This document shows positions 44,721 through 54,482 of a DNA stretch of 64,000 nucleotides, one piece after another; the first letter of the stretch is position 1, and each line of letters starts with the position of its first letter. The position numbers were made by a program, and so were the translations under genes. The DNA comes from Eubacteriales bacterium (GTDB lineage Bacteria; Bacillota; Clostridia; Oscillospirales; CAG-272). Under the pieces are notes generated by a model, which was given only the letters and a program-made list of their open reading frames with translations, was not told the DNA's origin and did no database searches. The DNA lies in assembly GCA_051867975.1 (NCBI GenBank), contig JBJDZM010000010.1, forward strand, positions 1,848-65,847. The letters run 5' to 3'.

Positions 44721-47700
44721 ATGAATACCAAAACCCCTCTTTCAAAAAAATTTTGGTGGTCACTCGTCCTCTTCGGTCTTACGGGTCAAATCGCCTGGGT
44801 AGTAGAAAACATGTACCTGAACGTCTTTATTTACAAGATGTTCAACGCTTCCCCATCCGCAATATCACTCATGGTTGGTGCGAGCGCCGTCACGGCGGCA
44901 TTGACCACGATCATAGTCGGCGCCCTCTCGGACAGGATAGGAAAAAGAAAAGTGTTCATCTGCGGAGGATACATTCTCTGGGGTATATCCATTTTTGCAT
45001 TTTCCATGCTTGACCTTGGACGTATCTCCTTATTTGTCCCAACGCTTGCGGGAGCGGCGGCTATTGCAATTATTATTACGATCGTGCTTGACTGCCTGAT
45101 GACATTTTTCGGCTCGACCGCGAACGACGCCGCATTTAATGCCTGGCTGACGGACAGTACCGACAGCACTAACCGCGGAAGCGTCGAGGGCATCAACGCC
45201 ATGATGCCGCTTATCGCCATTCTCATGGTGTTCGGCGGATTTATGTCCTTTGACCTCGGCAGAAGCGAGAGCTGGTCATTTATTTTCTCCTTTATCGGAA
45301 TAGTGACGGCTATCATAGGTATAATCGGATTTTTCACGATAAAGGAAGGCAACACACAAAAAAGCGAGACGGGATTCTTCAAAAACGTAATTTACAGCTT
45401 CCGTCCGTCAACCGTTGCAAAATATCCGAGACTGTACCTCTATCTCGCCGCATTCATCATATTCAACATTTCGATCCAGATATTCATGCCATACCTCATA
45501 ATTTATTACGAGGTATCGCTCGGAATGACGAACTACGTGTTGATAATGGCTCCGGCTATTATTATCGCATCAATAATTACCGCAATTTGGGGCAAGACAT
45601 ACGATAAAAAGGGATTTTTCTTCGCGGGAACCATCGCTCTGGCGGCACTGAGCGCAGGATTTATCGTACTTTATCTCTTCACTCAAACCGCTCTCGTTTT
45701 CATAGGCTCTCTTCTGATGATGAGCGGATATCTCGCCGGAATGGCGGCGTTCGGCGCGAAGATCCGCGACCTGACACCGCACGGAAAAGCAGGCATGCTC
45801 CAGGGCGTGAGGATCTGCTCACAGGTGCTTATTCCCGGAATCGTAGGTCCCTTTATCGGCTCGCTCGTGCTGAGGGACGCAGGCAAGATCCTCAACAATG
45901 ACGGAACATACTCCTTTGTTCCGAATTCGGACATTTTCCTTGCCTCACTGATACCGATAATCATTCTTGTCGTTTTCGTCATCGCACTTGAGTTTACAAA
46001 GCCGCCTCGCACACAGCCCATGACAACTCCGTTTGAGTCAGAACAAAATTCCGCTTTGACATGGGACGAATATCCTCGTCCGCAGCTTCGCCGAAAGTCG
46101 TATATGTCGCTTTGCGGCGAATGGGAGCTTTCCGCCGTAAAGGGCGAGAAACGCCGTGATATCGGAAGCATCACCGTTCCCTTCCCACCCGAGTCAAGGA
46201 TCTCGGGTATTGAACGCAAGCTTCGGCGCAAAGAATACTATCTCTACCGCAAGAGCTTTACCCTTCCCGAAGAAATGATGGGCGGACACGTTATCCTTCA
46301 CTTCGGCGCGGCTGACCAGATAGCGCATGTCAGCATCAACGGCAAGCACGTAGGAGACCATACAGGCGGTTATCTTCCCTTTGAATTTGATATAACCGAT
46401 GCGCTCATTTCAGGAGAAAATACCGTCGAGGTAATTATATATGACAGTCTTGACCGCGAGCTTGCATACGGAAAGCAAAGAAGAGCGCGCGGAGGTATGT
46501 GGTATACACCCATAAGCGGACTTTGGAAGCAGGTATGGATAGAGAGCGTTCCCGAAAACTACATAAAGTCGCTCAGAATCACGCCTTCGCTCGACAGCGT
46601 ACACATCGAAGTTTCGGGCGGTGCGGAGGATAAAAAGATTGTACTTGTCAGCGAGGAAAATTCTCCCGAATACACCTTCAGCGGAAACGATATAGTCCTT
46701 AAGCCCGAAAACGTACGCCTCTGGACTCCCGAAGACCCATATCTTTACGAATTTATCTTGACTGACGGAACCGACACCGTAAAATCGTATTTCGCACTGA
46801 GAACGGTGTCTGTTGACAAGATATGCAACCGCTCGTACATCTGTCTCAACGGCAAGCCCTACTTCTGCCACGGTCTTCTCGACCAAGGCTACTACAGCGA
46901 CGGAATATACACCCCTACAACGCCCGACGGCTTGTTATATGACATTCAAAAGGCAAAAGCGCTTGGATTCAACACCCTGCGAAAGCACATAAAAATCGAG
47001 CACGAGCTGTTCTATTACTTCTGTGACAAATACGGCATGCTTGTATTTCAGGACATGGTAAACAGCGGAAGATACAGCTTCTTGATTGACACCGCCCTGC
47101 CGACCGCGGGCTTAAAGTCGGGAATATCGCACAGGGCAAGCGAACGTCGCCGCGCGGAGTTTGAGTCCGACGCAAAAGCAACCGTAGACCTGCTTTATAA
47201 CCACCCCTGCGTGATCTACTATACGATATTTAACGAGGGATGGGGACAGTACGACTCCGACAGAGTCTATTCCATGCTCCGCTCCTGCGACCCGACGAGG
47301 ATCTACGACACCGCATCGGGCTGGTTTAAGGGAAATGACAGCGACGTTGTAAGCGAGCATGTCTATTTCAAAGACCTGAATGACGCAAACATCGAGATTC
47401 TGCCAAATAAGCCCTTGTGCCTTACCGAATTCGGCGGATATTCACTCAAAATCGACGGACACTCGTTTAATCTTGACAAAACCTACGGATACCGCTCTAT
47501 AAAGACAGATGCCGAATACGGCGAAGCGATCCTCAAGCTCTACCGGAGTCAGATAATCCCCTTGATAGAGCGCGGACTCTGCGCCTCAATATTCACACAG
47601 CTCTCCGATGTCGAAGATGAAGTCAACGGTTTTTTGACGTATGACAGACAGGTCTGCAAGGTAGACGAATCAAAAATGAAGGCAATTTCGGACGACATGA

Positions 47701-47735
47701 TCGCAGTGTTTAAAGTCAACGTGCCGATAGAATAG
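44721..47735 (+). CDS. fusion protein: N-terminal MFS/GPH-type sugar transporter (about 440 aa) plus C-terminal glycoside hydrolase family 2 (about 560 aa)
   Basis: One uninterrupted ORF. The N-terminal part has 12 hydrophobic segments. The GH2 part begins WDEYPRPQLRR..., with IFNEGWGQYD (acid/base NE) and CLTEFGGYS (nucleophile E). The ATG at 44721 follows the RBS aggaga. Confidence 0.8.
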   Translation: MNTKTPLSKKFWWSLVLFGLTGQIAWVVENMYLNVFIYKMFNASPSAISLMVGASAVTAALTTIIVGALSDRIGKRKVFICGGYILWGISIFAFSMLDLGRISLFVPTLAGAAAIAIIITIVLDCLMTFFGSTANDAAFNAWLTDSTDSTNRGSVEGINAMMPLIAILMVFGGFMSFDLGRSESWSFIFSFIGIVTAIIGIIGFFTIKEGNTQKSETGFFKNVIYSFRPSTVAKYPRLYLYLAAFIIFNISIQIFMPYLIIYYEVSLGMTNYVLIMAPAIIIASIITAIWGKTYDKKGFFFAGTIALAALSAGFIVLYLFTQTALVFIGSLLMMSGYLAGMAAFGAKIRDLTPHGKAGMLQGVRICSQVLIPGIVGPFIGSLVLRDAGKILNNDGTYSFVPNSDIFLASLIPIIILVVFVIALEFTKPPRTQPMTTPFESEQNSALTWDEYPRPQLRRKSYMSLCGEWELSAVKGEKRRDIGSITVPFPPESRISGIERKLRRKEYYLYRKSFTLPEEMMGGHVILHFGAADQIAHVSINGKHVGDHTGGYLPFEFDITDALISGENTVEVIIYDSLDRELAYGKQRRARGGMWYTPISGLWKQVWIESVPENYIKSLRITPSLDSVHIEVSGGAEDKKIVLVSEENSPEYTFSGNDIVLKPENVRLWTPEDPYLYEFILTDGTDTVKSYFALRTVSVDKICNRSYICLNGKPYFCHGLLDQGYYSDGIYTPTTPDGLLYDIQKAKALGFNTLRKHIKIEHELFYYFCDKYGMLVFQDMVNSGRYSFLIDTALPTAGLKSGISHRASERRRAEFESDAKATVDLLYNHPCVIYYTIFNEGWGQYDSDRVYSMLRSCDPTRIYDTASGWFKGNDSDVVSEHVYFKDLNDANIEILPNKPLCLTEFGGYSLKIDGHSFNLDKTYGYRSIKTDAEYGEAILKLYRSQIIPLIERGLCASIFTQLSDVEDEVNGFLTYDRQVCKVDESKMKAISDDMIAVFKVNVPIE

Positions 47736-47772
47736 TTCCGGCTCTGAAGATTGATGCCAAAATAACAACTCA

Positions 47773-47803
47773 CCCCCGTCTCGCCGCGAGACGGGGGCTT
47801 TAT
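47773..47803 (+). terminator. terminator after the MFS-GH2 gene
   Basis: cccccgtctcg-ccg-cgagacggggg, followed by ctttat. Confidence 0.7.
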
Positions 47804-47898
47804 ACATAATAAATTCAATTATTACTCTATTTCTATTGACTTTTCTCACCCCATATGATAGAATGACTCATGCGTGATTCTTCATTGGAGGTGATTTT

Positions 47899-49692
47899 TT
47901 GATATTCGGAAAACACATAAATAAATACTATCTGCGATATGCCCCCATGCTTCTTGTCGGACTGCTTGCACTCGTGCTGGTGGACTATATGCAGCTCGTC
48001 GTACCCGAGCTTTACAGAATGGTCATCAACGGAATTGACAACGGAGCGGTCGAGGTCGACGGCGTTACTCATGTCTTTGATATGACATTTTTACTTGACA
48101 AGATATGTCTTCCCATGATATTCGTCATTATTGCGATGGTAATCGGACGTTTCCTGTGGCGTATATGCTTCTTCGGCGCGGGCATCAAGGTCGAGACCGA
48201 CATACGCGGCAAAATGTTTGACCGCTGCAAGGACCTCTCCCAGCAATATTATCAGGTAAACAAGGTCGGAAATATGATGTCATTCTTCACAAACGACCTT
48301 GACACCGTTCAGGAGTGCTTCGGCTGGGGCATTATGATGTTCTTTGACGCGCTCGTCCTCGGCGTGCTGGCAATCGGAAAAATGGCAATCATGAACCCCA
48401 TCCTGACTTTGCTTTGCATGATCCCCATGCTCTTCTTGGTGATAGCGTCGCTTGTCGTCGGAAAATACATGGAAAAGAAATGGGACAAGCGTCAGGCGGC
48501 GTTCTCCGCTCTATCCGACTTCTCACAGGAGACCTTTGCAGGCATCGCGGTCATTAAAGCGTTCGTTAAGGAAGCAAAGGAGCTTTCAAAATTCAAGAAG
48601 CTCAGCCGGGAGAACGAGGACACAAACGTGGATTACACAAAGCTTTCGATGCTCTTGAACGTCTCTCTCACCCTCTTTATCGAGTCGGTAGTCTGTGTCA
48701 TAATCGGCTACGGCGGATACCTTGTTTACAGCGGCGTTTTCGATGCGGGCAGACTCGTTGAGTTTATCGGCTATTTCAATGCGATAATCTGGCCCGTCAT
48801 GGCGATAAGCGAGCTTATCGGTATGCACGCGCAGGGCAAGGCTTCGCTCAACCGAATAAGCGAGCTGCTTGACGCAACTCCCGACGTATTTGACAAGAAC
48901 GTCGAGGAGATAAACGATATCCGCGGAGATATCGAGTTTAAAAATCTCAACTTCACATACCCCGGCGGAGACATTGAGGTCTTATCCGATGTGTCGTTCA
49001 AGATAAACGCAGGAGAGAACGTCGGACTTATCGGACGCACAGGCTCGGGCAAAACGACGATCGTCGACCTTATTTTGCGCACCTACAACGTCCCCGACGG
49101 CACGTTATTCATCGACGGCAAGGACGTAAATACGATTCCGATAAAGAGCGTCCGCGCGGCGGCGGCATACGTTCCGCAGGACAACTTCCTCTTTTCCGAC
49201 ACGATAGAAAACAATATCGCCTTCGCGACCGACGGCGGCAGTCACGAGGACATCGAATACGCCGCCAAAATGGCTGACGTCCACGATAACATCGTCGATT
49301 TTCCGCTTCAGTACAACAGCGTACTCGGCGAGCGCGGAGTTACCGTCTCGGGCGGTCAAAAGCAGAGAATATCAATAGCCCGTGCACTTATGAAAAACGC
49401 GCCGATCCTCATTCTCGACGACTCGGTCTCCGCCGTTGACGTCAAGACCGAGAAGGCGATACTCGAAAATCTCGCCGCCATGCGGGGCGGTAAGACCACC
49501 ATTCTCATCGCCCACCGCATAAGCACGATTGAGGATATGGACAAGATAATCTTTATCGATAACGGGCGCGTTGTCGCGGTGGGGCGGCATGAAGAGCTGC
49601 TTGCAGGCTGTGAGGAATACAAGAACATGGTAGACCTTCAGAAGCTTGACGAGGCGGTGGACGAAAAAAAGGAGGACAAGACAAATGTATGA
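47899..49692 (+). CDS. ABC exporter, fused TMD-NBD half-transporter (heterodimer subunit A)
   Basis: TTG start after ggaggtg. GRTGSGKTT, VSGGQKQR, ILILDDSVSAVD. Confidence 0.9.
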   Translation: MIFGKHINKYYLRYAPMLLVGLLALVLVDYMQLVVPELYRMVINGIDNGAVEVDGVTHVFDMTFLLDKICLPMIFVIIAMVIGRFLWRICFFGAGIKVETDIRGKMFDRCKDLSQQYYQVNKVGNMMSFFTNDLDTVQECFGWGIMMFFDALVLGVLAIGKMAIMNPILTLLCMIPMLFLVIASLVVGKYMEKKWDKRQAAFSALSDFSQETFAGIAVIKAFVKEAKELSKFKKLSRENEDTNVDYTKLSMLLNVSLTLFIESVVCVIIGYGGYLVYSGVFDAGRLVEFIGYFNAIIWPVMAISELIGMHAQGKASLNRISELLDATPDVFDKNVEEINDIRGDIEFKNLNFTYPGGDIEVLSDVSFKINAGENVGLIGRTGSGKTTIVDLILRTYNVPDGTLFIDGKDVNTIPIKSVRAAAAYVPQDNFLFSDTIENNIAFATDGGSHEDIEYAAKMADVHDNIVDFPLQYNSVLGERGVTVSGGQKQRISIARALMKNAPILILDDSVSAVDVKTEKAILENLAAMRGGKTTILIAHRISTIEDMDKIIFIDNGRVVAVGRHEELLAGCEEYKNMVDLQKLDEAVDEKKEDKTNV

Positions 49693-51586
49693 GTACTATC
49701 CCCTTTTAGTCGTCGGAGCTATCGTTTCGCTCTTTGCGGCGGTATTTATTCTGGCATACGCCTTCATGAAGGACAAAAAAGAAGCCATCGGCTTTGACCG
49801 AAATATGAAGGACTCGGAAATAATCCGCAGGCTTATGAAATACGCAAAGCCCTATACTAAAAATTTCATTATCGTGCTTATTTTGATGATATTCTCGATA
49901 GCGCACGAGATAATCTCGCCTCTCATTCTCGGCGAGCTGACAAACACGGTCGGAAGCGAGGACGGATTTGAGCTTTCATACCTCTTTACGACGATTGCAA
50001 TATACGTCTCGATACTTCTCGTCTCGCTCGTCTCGTCCTATGTTCAGGCGCTCATTCTGCAAAGGACGGGACAGCGGATAGTGTCAAACATCCGTGAAGA
50101 CCTCTTTGCTCACATAGAAAGTCTCTCGCATGACCAGCTCAACAAAATTCCCGTGGGAACGCTCGTCACCCGTGTCACAAACGACACCAACGCCATCTCG
50201 ATAACCTTTACCAACATCATGGTAAACCTCGTCAAGAACTGCTTTATCATCATAGGTGTCTTGACGGCAATGCTGATGCTCAACTACATGCTGACATTGA
50301 TGATACTCTGCTTTGTTCCCTTCGTTACCATTTTTACGGTCATTTTCCGTAAATTTTCGCGCCGCGCGCACAGACGCGTCAAGGACGGCACGACCGATAT
50401 CAACATCTTCCTCTCGGAAAATCTTTCGGGAATGAAGATAATCCAGATATTCAACCGCGAGGAACGCAAAAAAGCCGAATTTGACGAGAAAAACAAGCGT
50501 CTCGGCAAGGCAAAATTCGGTCAGATCTTCGTCTTCGGAATATTCAGACCTATGGTCTATATGCTCTATATCTCGTCCGTACTCTGCCTTTTCTACCTCG
50601 GCTCACGCGGATATATCACAAAAACCGAATTCCTCGGACAAGCGATAGACGCAGGCGTTATCGTCTCGTTCTATCTCTATATTTCCAAATTCTTTAACCC
50701 GATACAAAACTTAGCCGAGCAGTTTAACCGTCTTCAGGCGGCGTTTGCTTCAAGCGAGAAGATATACAAAATATTCGACATCACACCCGAGGTCGTCGAC
50801 GAGCCGGATGCCATCGAGCTTGACCATATTGAGGGAAATATCGAATTCAAGAACGTCTGGTTCTCATATATCGAAGGCGAATGGGTGCTGAAGGACGTTT
50901 CCTTCAAAGTAAACGCGGGCGACACCGTCGCGTTCGTCGGCTCGACAGGCTCGGGCAAGACGACCATCCTATCGCTCATATGCCGCAACTACGACATACA
51001 GAAGGGCGAAATACTCATCGACGGAATCAATATCAAAAAGATAAAGATATCCTCGCTCCGCCGCGGGTTCGGTCAGATGCTTCAGGATGTCTTCCTCTTC
51101 TCGGGTACGATACGCTCAAATATCACCCTCGGACTTGACAACGTCTCGGACGAGGAGGTCATGGAAGCCTGCCGATACGTCAATGCCGACAAATTCATCG
51201 AAAAGCTGGACGGCGGTCTTGACGAGGTAGTCCGTGAGAGAGGAAACAACTTCTCCGCGGGACAAAGACAGCTCGTATCGTTTGCAAGAACGATAGTTCA
51301 CAAGCCTGCGGTCATGATACTCGATGAGGCTACAGCAAACATCGACACCGAGACCGAGGTCCTCATTCAGGATTCGCTTGAAAAGATGATGAATATCGGA
51401 ACTATGCTCATGGTCGCGCACCGTCTTTCTACAATTCAGCACGCCGACAATATCATCGTGCTCTCGCACGGAGAGATAGTCGAGCAGGGCAACCATCAGG
51501 AGCTTTTGCGCCAAAAGGGCAACTATTACAGGCTCTACACCCTGCAGGTCGCAAAACAGAAGGGCAAATTGTCCTTGTCGGAATAA
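49685..51586 (+). CDS. ABC exporter, fused TMD-NBD half-transporter (heterodimer subunit B)
   Basis: Start at MYEYYPLL, overlapping the upstream stop (ATGTATGA). GSTGSGKTT, FSAGQRQL, VMILDEATANID. Confidence 0.9.
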   Translation: MYEYYPLLVVGAIVSLFAAVFILAYAFMKDKKEAIGFDRNMKDSEIIRRLMKYAKPYTKNFIIVLILMIFSIAHEIISPLILGELTNTVGSEDGFELSYLFTTIAIYVSILLVSLVSSYVQALILQRTGQRIVSNIREDLFAHIESLSHDQLNKIPVGTLVTRVTNDTNAISITFTNIMVNLVKNCFIIIGVLTAMLMLNYMLTLMILCFVPFVTIFTVIFRKFSRRAHRRVKDGTTDINIFLSENLSGMKIIQIFNREERKKAEFDEKNKRLGKAKFGQIFVFGIFRPMVYMLYISSVLCLFYLGSRGYITKTEFLGQAIDAGVIVSFYLYISKFFNPIQNLAEQFNRLQAAFASSEKIYKIFDITPEVVDEPDAIELDHIEGNIEFKNVWFSYIEGEWVLKDVSFKVNAGDTVAFVGSTGSGKTTILSLICRNYDIQKGEILIDGINIKKIKISSLRRGFGQMLQDVFLFSGTIRSNITLGLDNVSDEEVMEACRYVNADKFIEKLDGGLDEVVRERGNNFSAGQRQLVSFARTIVHKPAVMILDEATANIDTETEVLIQDSLEKMMNIGTMLMVAHRLSTIQHADNIIVLSHGEIVEQGNHQELLRQKGNYYRLYTLQVAKQKGKLSLSE

Positions 51587-51688
51587 AGCCGAAATCTCGG
51601 AAATATGCTATTTGAAGTTTTTGCGTCAAGTGAATAAAAGAGTCCCATCCGGTCAAAACTCCAACTAACGGCAACCTGCCGCGAAAGG

Positions 51689-51958
51689 ATGAAAAATATG
51701 AACGAATCTAAGAACTCCCAAAATCAGAACTCGAAGACAAACAAGGCTCAGAACAATTCACAGAATAATTCCCGGAATAACTCTCAGAACAACTCTCAGA
51801 ACAATTCTCAGAACAATTCTCAGAATAATTCTCAGAATAATTCTCAGAATAATTCTCAAAATCAGGTACCTCCCATGCACCGCATTGACGGCGGAAAGGT
51901 TCCAAACCGCGCTCATACCGAAATGAACTCGGGCAGAAATTCAAAAAACAGCAAATAA
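51689..51958 (+). CDS. small hydrophilic Asn/Gln/Ser-rich tandem-repeat protein
   Basis: 89 aa (86 aa if the ATG at 51698 is used). Nine (Q/R)NNS repeats. A strong terminator follows immediately. No family was recognised. Confidence 0.55.
   Translation: MKNMNESKNSQNQNSKTNKAQNNSQNNSRNNSQNNSQNNSQNNSQNNSQNNSQNNSQNQVPPMHRIDGGKVPNRAHTEMNSGRNSKNSK
51749..51865 (+). repeat. 12-bp tandem repeat CAGAAYAAYTCT, 9 copies plus a partial copy
   Basis: Units counted at 51749, 51761, 51773, 51785, 51797, 51809, 51821, 51833 and 51845. Confidence 0.95.
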
Positions 51959-51966
51959 TCAAATGA

Positions 51967-51998
51967 CGGCTCGGGCTTGCGCCCGAGCCGCTATTTTC
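51967..51998. terminator. terminator between convergent genes
   Basis: cggctcgggc-ttgc-gcccgagccg, followed by ctattttc. Confidence 0.8.
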
Positions 51999-52012
51999 AT
52001 AGAATATAAAAA

Positions 52013-53056
52013 TCATCTTAAAACGCCTGAAATTATCAGCGGAATGATTCCGCACGCTATAAATATGATATCCCTCGTTTTGATTTTAAAGCCCCTGCGG
52101 TAGATAAAATATCCGACAAGCATCAAAGCAAATATTATGACCGACATTATTTCAAGTCCGTCGCTCAGCAAAAGCAGTCCGTAGCCGTAAACCGGTATGA
52201 GCAGCTTATATCCGAACGGAGAGTCCGAAATCTCGCCTGCCAAATGCGCGCCTTTTCTCTTGAAATTGAAGAAAAATCCGAAGGCGGCGGCAATTCCGAC
52301 AGCGCCCCAGACAAAGAACATATACATCTGTGCCATATATCTGTCCGCGTAATTAACGTAATATGATGCACCTGCGTCGCTTGCACGGTTGACCTCAATT
52401 AAGTCTTGGAATATCACCGTCAGATTATTTATCGGGGCATATATGATTCCCCATCCCGAAAGCGATTCAAGCTCAAGCAACACCTGTCTGTCAAGCACCG
52501 CGCGCGATACAGAGTGGAAGACGTACATAACAAGATACGCAACAAACGCCCAAAGAGCACAGAAAAGAATACCGTCCGGGACTGTATTTCCCTCGCTGAA
52601 GAGGAAGGTGAAGATAGAATACATCACCCATCCGAGCAGAAGCGAGAAGAGATAATAGAGCGGCATATATCCGAGCCTAAAGCAGTCGGTCGTTGCCAAA
52701 AGGTATATCCAGACCGACACGAAGCTCACCGTGTATACCGTGAATATCTGTATCGCGCCCGAAAGGTAATGCGCAAGTGCCATTTTCGTCCTTTTTATCG
52801 GGAAAAAGAAGAGCGTATCGAGATTTCTTCGTGTCTTGAAGACCGAAAGCTCCAAAATCGGTATCAAGGTGCAGATAATTCCGAGAATAGCCGCCAACAT
52901 GTATATTCCCGTCGCACGGTACTGTTCATTTCTCGTGCTTGACGACACTTCCGAAGTCATAATAAGACACACCATGACCGACAGCACCGTAAAAACTATC
53001 GTGCGAAGCGTACTCTGCTTTAGTCTGTACTGCAAATATCTTCCAAATACCTTCAT
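52013..53056 (-). CDS. ABC-2-type membrane permease
   Basis: 347 aa, polytopic. Translationally coupled to the ATPase upstream. Confidence 0.6.
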   Translation of the reverse strand: MKVFGRYLQYRLKQSTLRTIVFTVLSVMVCLIMTSEVSSSTRNEQYRATGIYMLAAILGIICTLIPILELSVFKTRRNLDTLFFFPIKRTKMALAHYLSGAIQIFTVYTVSFVSVWIYLLATTDCFRLGYMPLYYLFSLLLGWVMYSIFTFLFSEGNTVPDGILFCALWAFVAYLVMYVFHSVSRAVLDRQVLLELESLSGWGIIYAPINNLTVIFQDLIEVNRASDAGASYYVNYADRYMAQMYMFFVWGAVGIAAAFGFFFNFKRKGAHLAGEISDSPFGYKLLIPVYGYGLLLLSDGLEIMSVIIFALMLVGYFIYRRGFKIKTRDIIFIACGIIPLIISGVLR

Positions 53057-53934
53057 TTATTCTCCCCCCTTTCCTCAACCTCTCTGATGAACAGCTCTTC
53101 AAAGTCCATCGGCATCTCTTCAACTATCACGGGATGCAGAGCCTCAAGCGCAGTCTTCATCTTCTCGGCGTTTCCCTTGAGTACTATGCGCACAAAGCGT
53201 CCGCTCTTTTCAACCGAGACCGCAGGGAGTCCCGCGAAAATGCTCTCGTCAAATTCTTCAAGAAAAGCGAGCTGGAACTTGCAAAAGCTTCCCACCTTTT
53301 CGGCAATGTCGCCCGACGACGATACCGTCATTTTATCTATAAGCGCGTATGAATCGCAGAAATCCTCAAGCTCACGGAGCGAGTGGCTTGAAATAAGCAC
53401 GCTGACTCCGTCCTCCTCGACCGCGCTGTTTATTGCCTTTTTGAATGACAGACGCGCTAAAGGGTCAAGTCCGTCAAACGCCTCGTCAAGAATAAGATAC
53501 TTCGGCTTGACCGCCAAGGCAAGCGCAATGAAAAGCTGTCGTCTCATGCCCTTTGAGAAGTTGCGTATCGGCTTTTTTGCGTCAAGCCTGAAGAGCTGCA
53601 TATGCTTATCAAAAACCTCTTTGCTCATGTCGGGATAGAAGGTCTTATACATCGCAAAGAGAGCCGCGCCCGTTGTGTGTACCGTATAATACGGGTCGTC
53701 GGGCAGGAAAAAGAGCTTTTGTCTTGCGCTCTCGGTCTGAACGCTCTCGCCGTCAATGAGTATCTCGCCCTTGTCCGCCTTGTATACGCCCGTGATAAGT
53801 CTGAGCAGCGTCGTCTTGCCCGCGCCGTTGATGCCGACAAGTCCCATGACGCTTCCCTCGCGAAGCTCTAAATTTATGTCCTTTAAAATCCGGTTTCCGC
53901 CCAAAGAGTGCGAAACATTATTTATCTTTATCAT
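53053..53934 (-). CDS. ABC transporter ATP-binding protein
   Basis: GINGAGKTT, FSKGMRRQL, YLILDEAFDGLD. Confidence 0.9.
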   Translation of the reverse strand: MIKINNVSHSLGGNRILKDINLELREGSVMGLVGINGAGKTTLLRLITGVYKADKGEILIDGESVQTESARQKLFFLPDDPYYTVHTTGAALFAMYKTFYPDMSKEVFDKHMQLFRLDAKKPIRNFSKGMRRQLFIALALAVKPKYLILDEAFDGLDPLARLSFKKAINSAVEEDGVSVLISSHSLRELEDFCDSYALIDKMTVSSSGDIAEKVGSFCKFQLAFLEEFDESIFAGLPAVSVEKSGRFVRIVLKGNAEKMKTALEALHPVIVEEMPMDFEELFIREVEERGENK

Positions 53935-54277
53935 CTTTTCCGTACACCTCCTCTATCCAGCTCATAAGACTGCGCCTCGACACGCCCATGTCGCGCAGCG
54001 CGTAAATAATGCTTTTCTTGTCAGGCTCATTCTCTCCTCCGCCTTCGCCCCAGATCACGAACGCGCCCTTTTTGGGCAGAGAGCAAATGAATTTGTCCTC
54101 TTCAAGCAGAGAATACGCCCTTGCGACTGTATTTGGGTTGACACCAAGCTCACCTGCCAGGGCGCGCACGCTCGGGAGTTTTTCTCCCGCTTTAATTATG
54201 CCGAGCTTTATATATTCCTTATATCGCTCGGCAATTTCAAGATAAACGTCCTGTTTTCCCGAAAAACTCGTTTGCAT
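53918..54277 (-). CDS. GntR-family regulator, YtrA subfamily
   Basis: 119 aa. KLPSVRALAGELGVNPNTVARAYSLLEEDKFI. Short C-terminus, and followed by ABC genes as in ytrA operons. Confidence 0.85.
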   Translation of the reverse strand: MQTSFSGKQDVYLEIAERYKEYIKLGIIKAGEKLPSVRALAGELGVNPNTVARAYSLLEEDKFICSLPKKGAFVIWGEGGGENEPDKKSIIYALRDMGVSRRSLMSWIEEVYGKDDKDK

Positions 54278-54295
54278 TTTTTCCTCCTCTTCAAA

Positions 54296-54357
54296 ATCTG
54301 TATTATCTGTATTAACTGTATCATCTGCATTATAGCATTATACGCCGCATATGTCAA
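54296..54357 (-). promoter_or_regulatory. promoter (TTGACA-17-TATAAT) followed by four 9-bp tandem repeats; autoregulatory operator candidate
   Basis: Minus strand: TTGACA 54357-54352 and TATAAT 54334-54329. Plus-strand repeats tctgtatta/tctgtatta/actgtatca/tctgcatta lie between the -10 box and the RBS. Confidence 0.6.
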
Positions 54358-54482
54358 TAGGTTTTAAAAAAATTACAAAAATTTTTTTGACGGCTATAAT
54401 GTGACAAATTACGCATATATAGCGTATTATAATGTTCTTAAAACCATTTTTTACCATTTTTTGAAAAAGAGGACCGACAAAA

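Noticed and set aside
51749-51865. Regular 12-bp repeats as a possible CRISPR-like or minisatellite non-coding array
   Set aside because: There are no spacers. The repeats are contiguous, in frame and embedded in an ORF with an RBS and terminator, so they were treated as a coding VNTR.
53087-54367. 183-aa and 203-aa plus-strand ORFs
   Set aside because: They are antisense to the ABC ATPase (Walker A, signature and Walker B all present on the minus strand) and to the GntR gene.
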